A DNA stretch of 64,000 bases from Cercozoa sp. M6MM (lineage: Eukaryota > Protista > Endomyxa: Ascetosporea): the NCBI GenBank assembly GCA_040357565.1, contig JBDODJ010000043.1; one strand, 5' to 3'. Positions 62,254-64,000 of the stretch are shown one piece after another (position 1 is the stretch's first letter; every line of letters begins with the position of its first letter). The position numbers were made by a program, and so were the translations under genes. The notes beneath the pieces are model-generated. The model was not told the origin of the DNA. It made no database searches and saw nothing but the letters and a program-made list of their open reading frames with translations.

Positions 62254-64000
62254 ACACAACACACACACACACACACATGTAGTGTCCAGTCAAGGTATCC
62301 ATGTTCATTGTTACAACAGTGCTGCCTCCAAAACGAAACTCGCCATGCGCCTCCCCGCGCGTGTACTGTCAGGTAAAATTAAGAGAATAGTTGCTACAAC
62401 TGGGGGAACAGGGAGAGGCATTGTATACTCGAGGGTCTTCCGTGTGGTACAGGTGCATGGCACCGACGAACTGAGCTCCAATTGCGATCAAGGCAAAGTC
62501 ACCTATCCATCGATGCGTTATCGCTGTAATACTGAATGCATGTCGCAATGCGTACCAAAAACAGGCGACCGCATGCGGCACACGATGCGTTTCGACCGCG
62601 TGAACACGTCGCAGTCGCTGCGATTTACGGCCACTGGGTTCACCGTGCATCTACACAAGATTCCATCGAGTCGAGTCAAGGCACAGTACAAGACCATGTG
62701 GGAAGCGCACAGTGTCCCGGGTACACGTCGCATCCACAGTTGCTCGCACTCGCAAGGCACGTGCCATTTGTGGTAATCTAATGCCCCAGTGATTCCAGGT
62801 ACCGGAGTACAAACTGTCTTGGTTGCAACACTACCTTGGGGAGCAAGACGCGCCACAACAATGCTACCGTTTTGCAGGTCATACGCGAGTCTGCTCAGGC
62901 ATGGAAGTGCAAGGACGGCACTTTAATTGATAGGATCGAAACTGACTCGGCACAACGTGCGTCGTTTCGTGCATCCAGCAGCGTTGCCACCGAGAACTGG
63001 CGTCCCCTGGTAAATATAAATATACTCATTTGTACACACATGGTACACAATAGATTTGTTCTTATGAACATAGAGCATTTATACGAATATACTATATTAT
63101 AGAGCACTTTATCCACAGCTTGCGTGCCACCGACACGGACTGGAACACGACGCAGCGACAGTCAGCAGGCGACAGAAGGGTCTAAAACAAACCGCCCACT
63201 ATCGCCATACAAACGATCTACCATGTGCCATTTGGTAAAAACTACCTGTGAGTCGCCCTGCAAGGGTCGTGCACTCGGCTTGAGCGAGCGCGCGAAGAAG
63301 TCGTTAAAACATCTGCTCCGAATATAAATTGAGCTTCAGAAACATACCTGGAAACGAGTACCGAAACGAGTCGACCGACCGGTCCAACTCAGAGGTGTCG
63401 ATTTTGTAGCTGTACAGGTGAATCTGCTTTTTTCAGTCAAATCAAAGCCTGTGCTTCAAGTTGGAGCAACTGACCGCCGGATAAAATCGGGAATCAGGGC
63501 TTTCGACGTCACTCGATCCAGTTCAGCACCCTAACGACGAGAAGTTTTGAGTGACATTGAGTTTCACTTCTCTAGCCTGACTGAAAAGAAAGCCACCTTG
63601 GCTCTCGATGCAGTGACGATGAGTTTCTCAGAGACTTTCGGCGGCGTTTGCGCCTGCAGCAGCAGCATTGTGCGCACCCTACAAATACAGAGACTGGAGT
63701 CAGGTGTAAGTCAAGTGAGACACAGCGAAAAGTACCGTTTCGGCACGTGCTCATTGAGCAGCAGTGCGCGTGCTCGATGCACCACTGTTTCGGACAAGTT
63801 TCAGTTTTAAGGGAGTCACACCAAGCAACTCATTTCAACTGACAGACCTCGCAGGGTGAAGTTGCCTCCGCCACTCTGTCCAGTCAACCAAGAGTAGATC
63901 CAAATATCGTCTGACTATCTGAGGTAGCCGACTACCTTGTCTGTGCCTCCAAATGACGAGCGTCGCCACCAGCGCCTCGTTCTATCCAACAAATATGTCA
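61868..64000 (-). CDS. PSD2: Phosphatidylserine decarboxylase proenzyme (PSD2/3 type); probably 5'-partial
   Basis: Spliced FNDFFARSLKPSARP..SPADCR..LWIKGRQFSVATLL..RLAPQDYHKWHVP..TVNPVAV..DVFT..IAIGAQFVG..FRFGGSTVV (self-cleavage GG/ST)..FDSDLLYNS..ETLVRVRERIG. Stop TAG at 61868-61870. Confidence 0.92.
62065..62277. repeat. (CA)n microsatellite with 100-N gap, in a PSD intron
   Basis: Directly visible. Confidence 0.95.

Overview
Eukaryotic nuclear DNA from a gene-dense, very intron-rich protist with a flagellated stage; the lineage cannot be fixed from this window. Genes use the standard code and are split by many short (mostly ~45-90 nt) GT-AG introns, so the ORF track is fragmentary. I rebuilt gene models by splicing manually, so internal exon boundaries are approximate. 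Recognisable genes: EFHC1/Rib72 (5'-partial), a GPI-anchored Spondin_N protein, RPL21, a TM-CHASE-TM hybrid histidine kinase, a GPI-anchored TSP1-like protein, UBR7, IFT144/WDR19, a sphingomyelin-synthase-family enzyme, a 17.7-kb gene for a giant Cys-repeat single-pass membrane protein, SAD1/USP39, an RNI-type LRR protein, an NT5DC1-like HAD nucleotidase and a PSD2-type phosphatidylserine decarboxylase (5'-partial). Several hypothetical genes are also present. The most notable non-genic signals are: (1) a 772-bp Mutator-like non-autonomous element with perfect 124-bp TIRs, a 9-bp TSD and an internal ORF; (2) a ~38-55-bp micro-repeat at the 5' splice sites of two unrelated genes in opposite orientations, using the palindromic GTAC donor that is common in this genome (an introner-like candidate); (3) a diverged ~65-bp intergenic element next to strong hairpins; (4) a 70-bp inverted duplication bracketing a three-gene block. 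No database searches were run.
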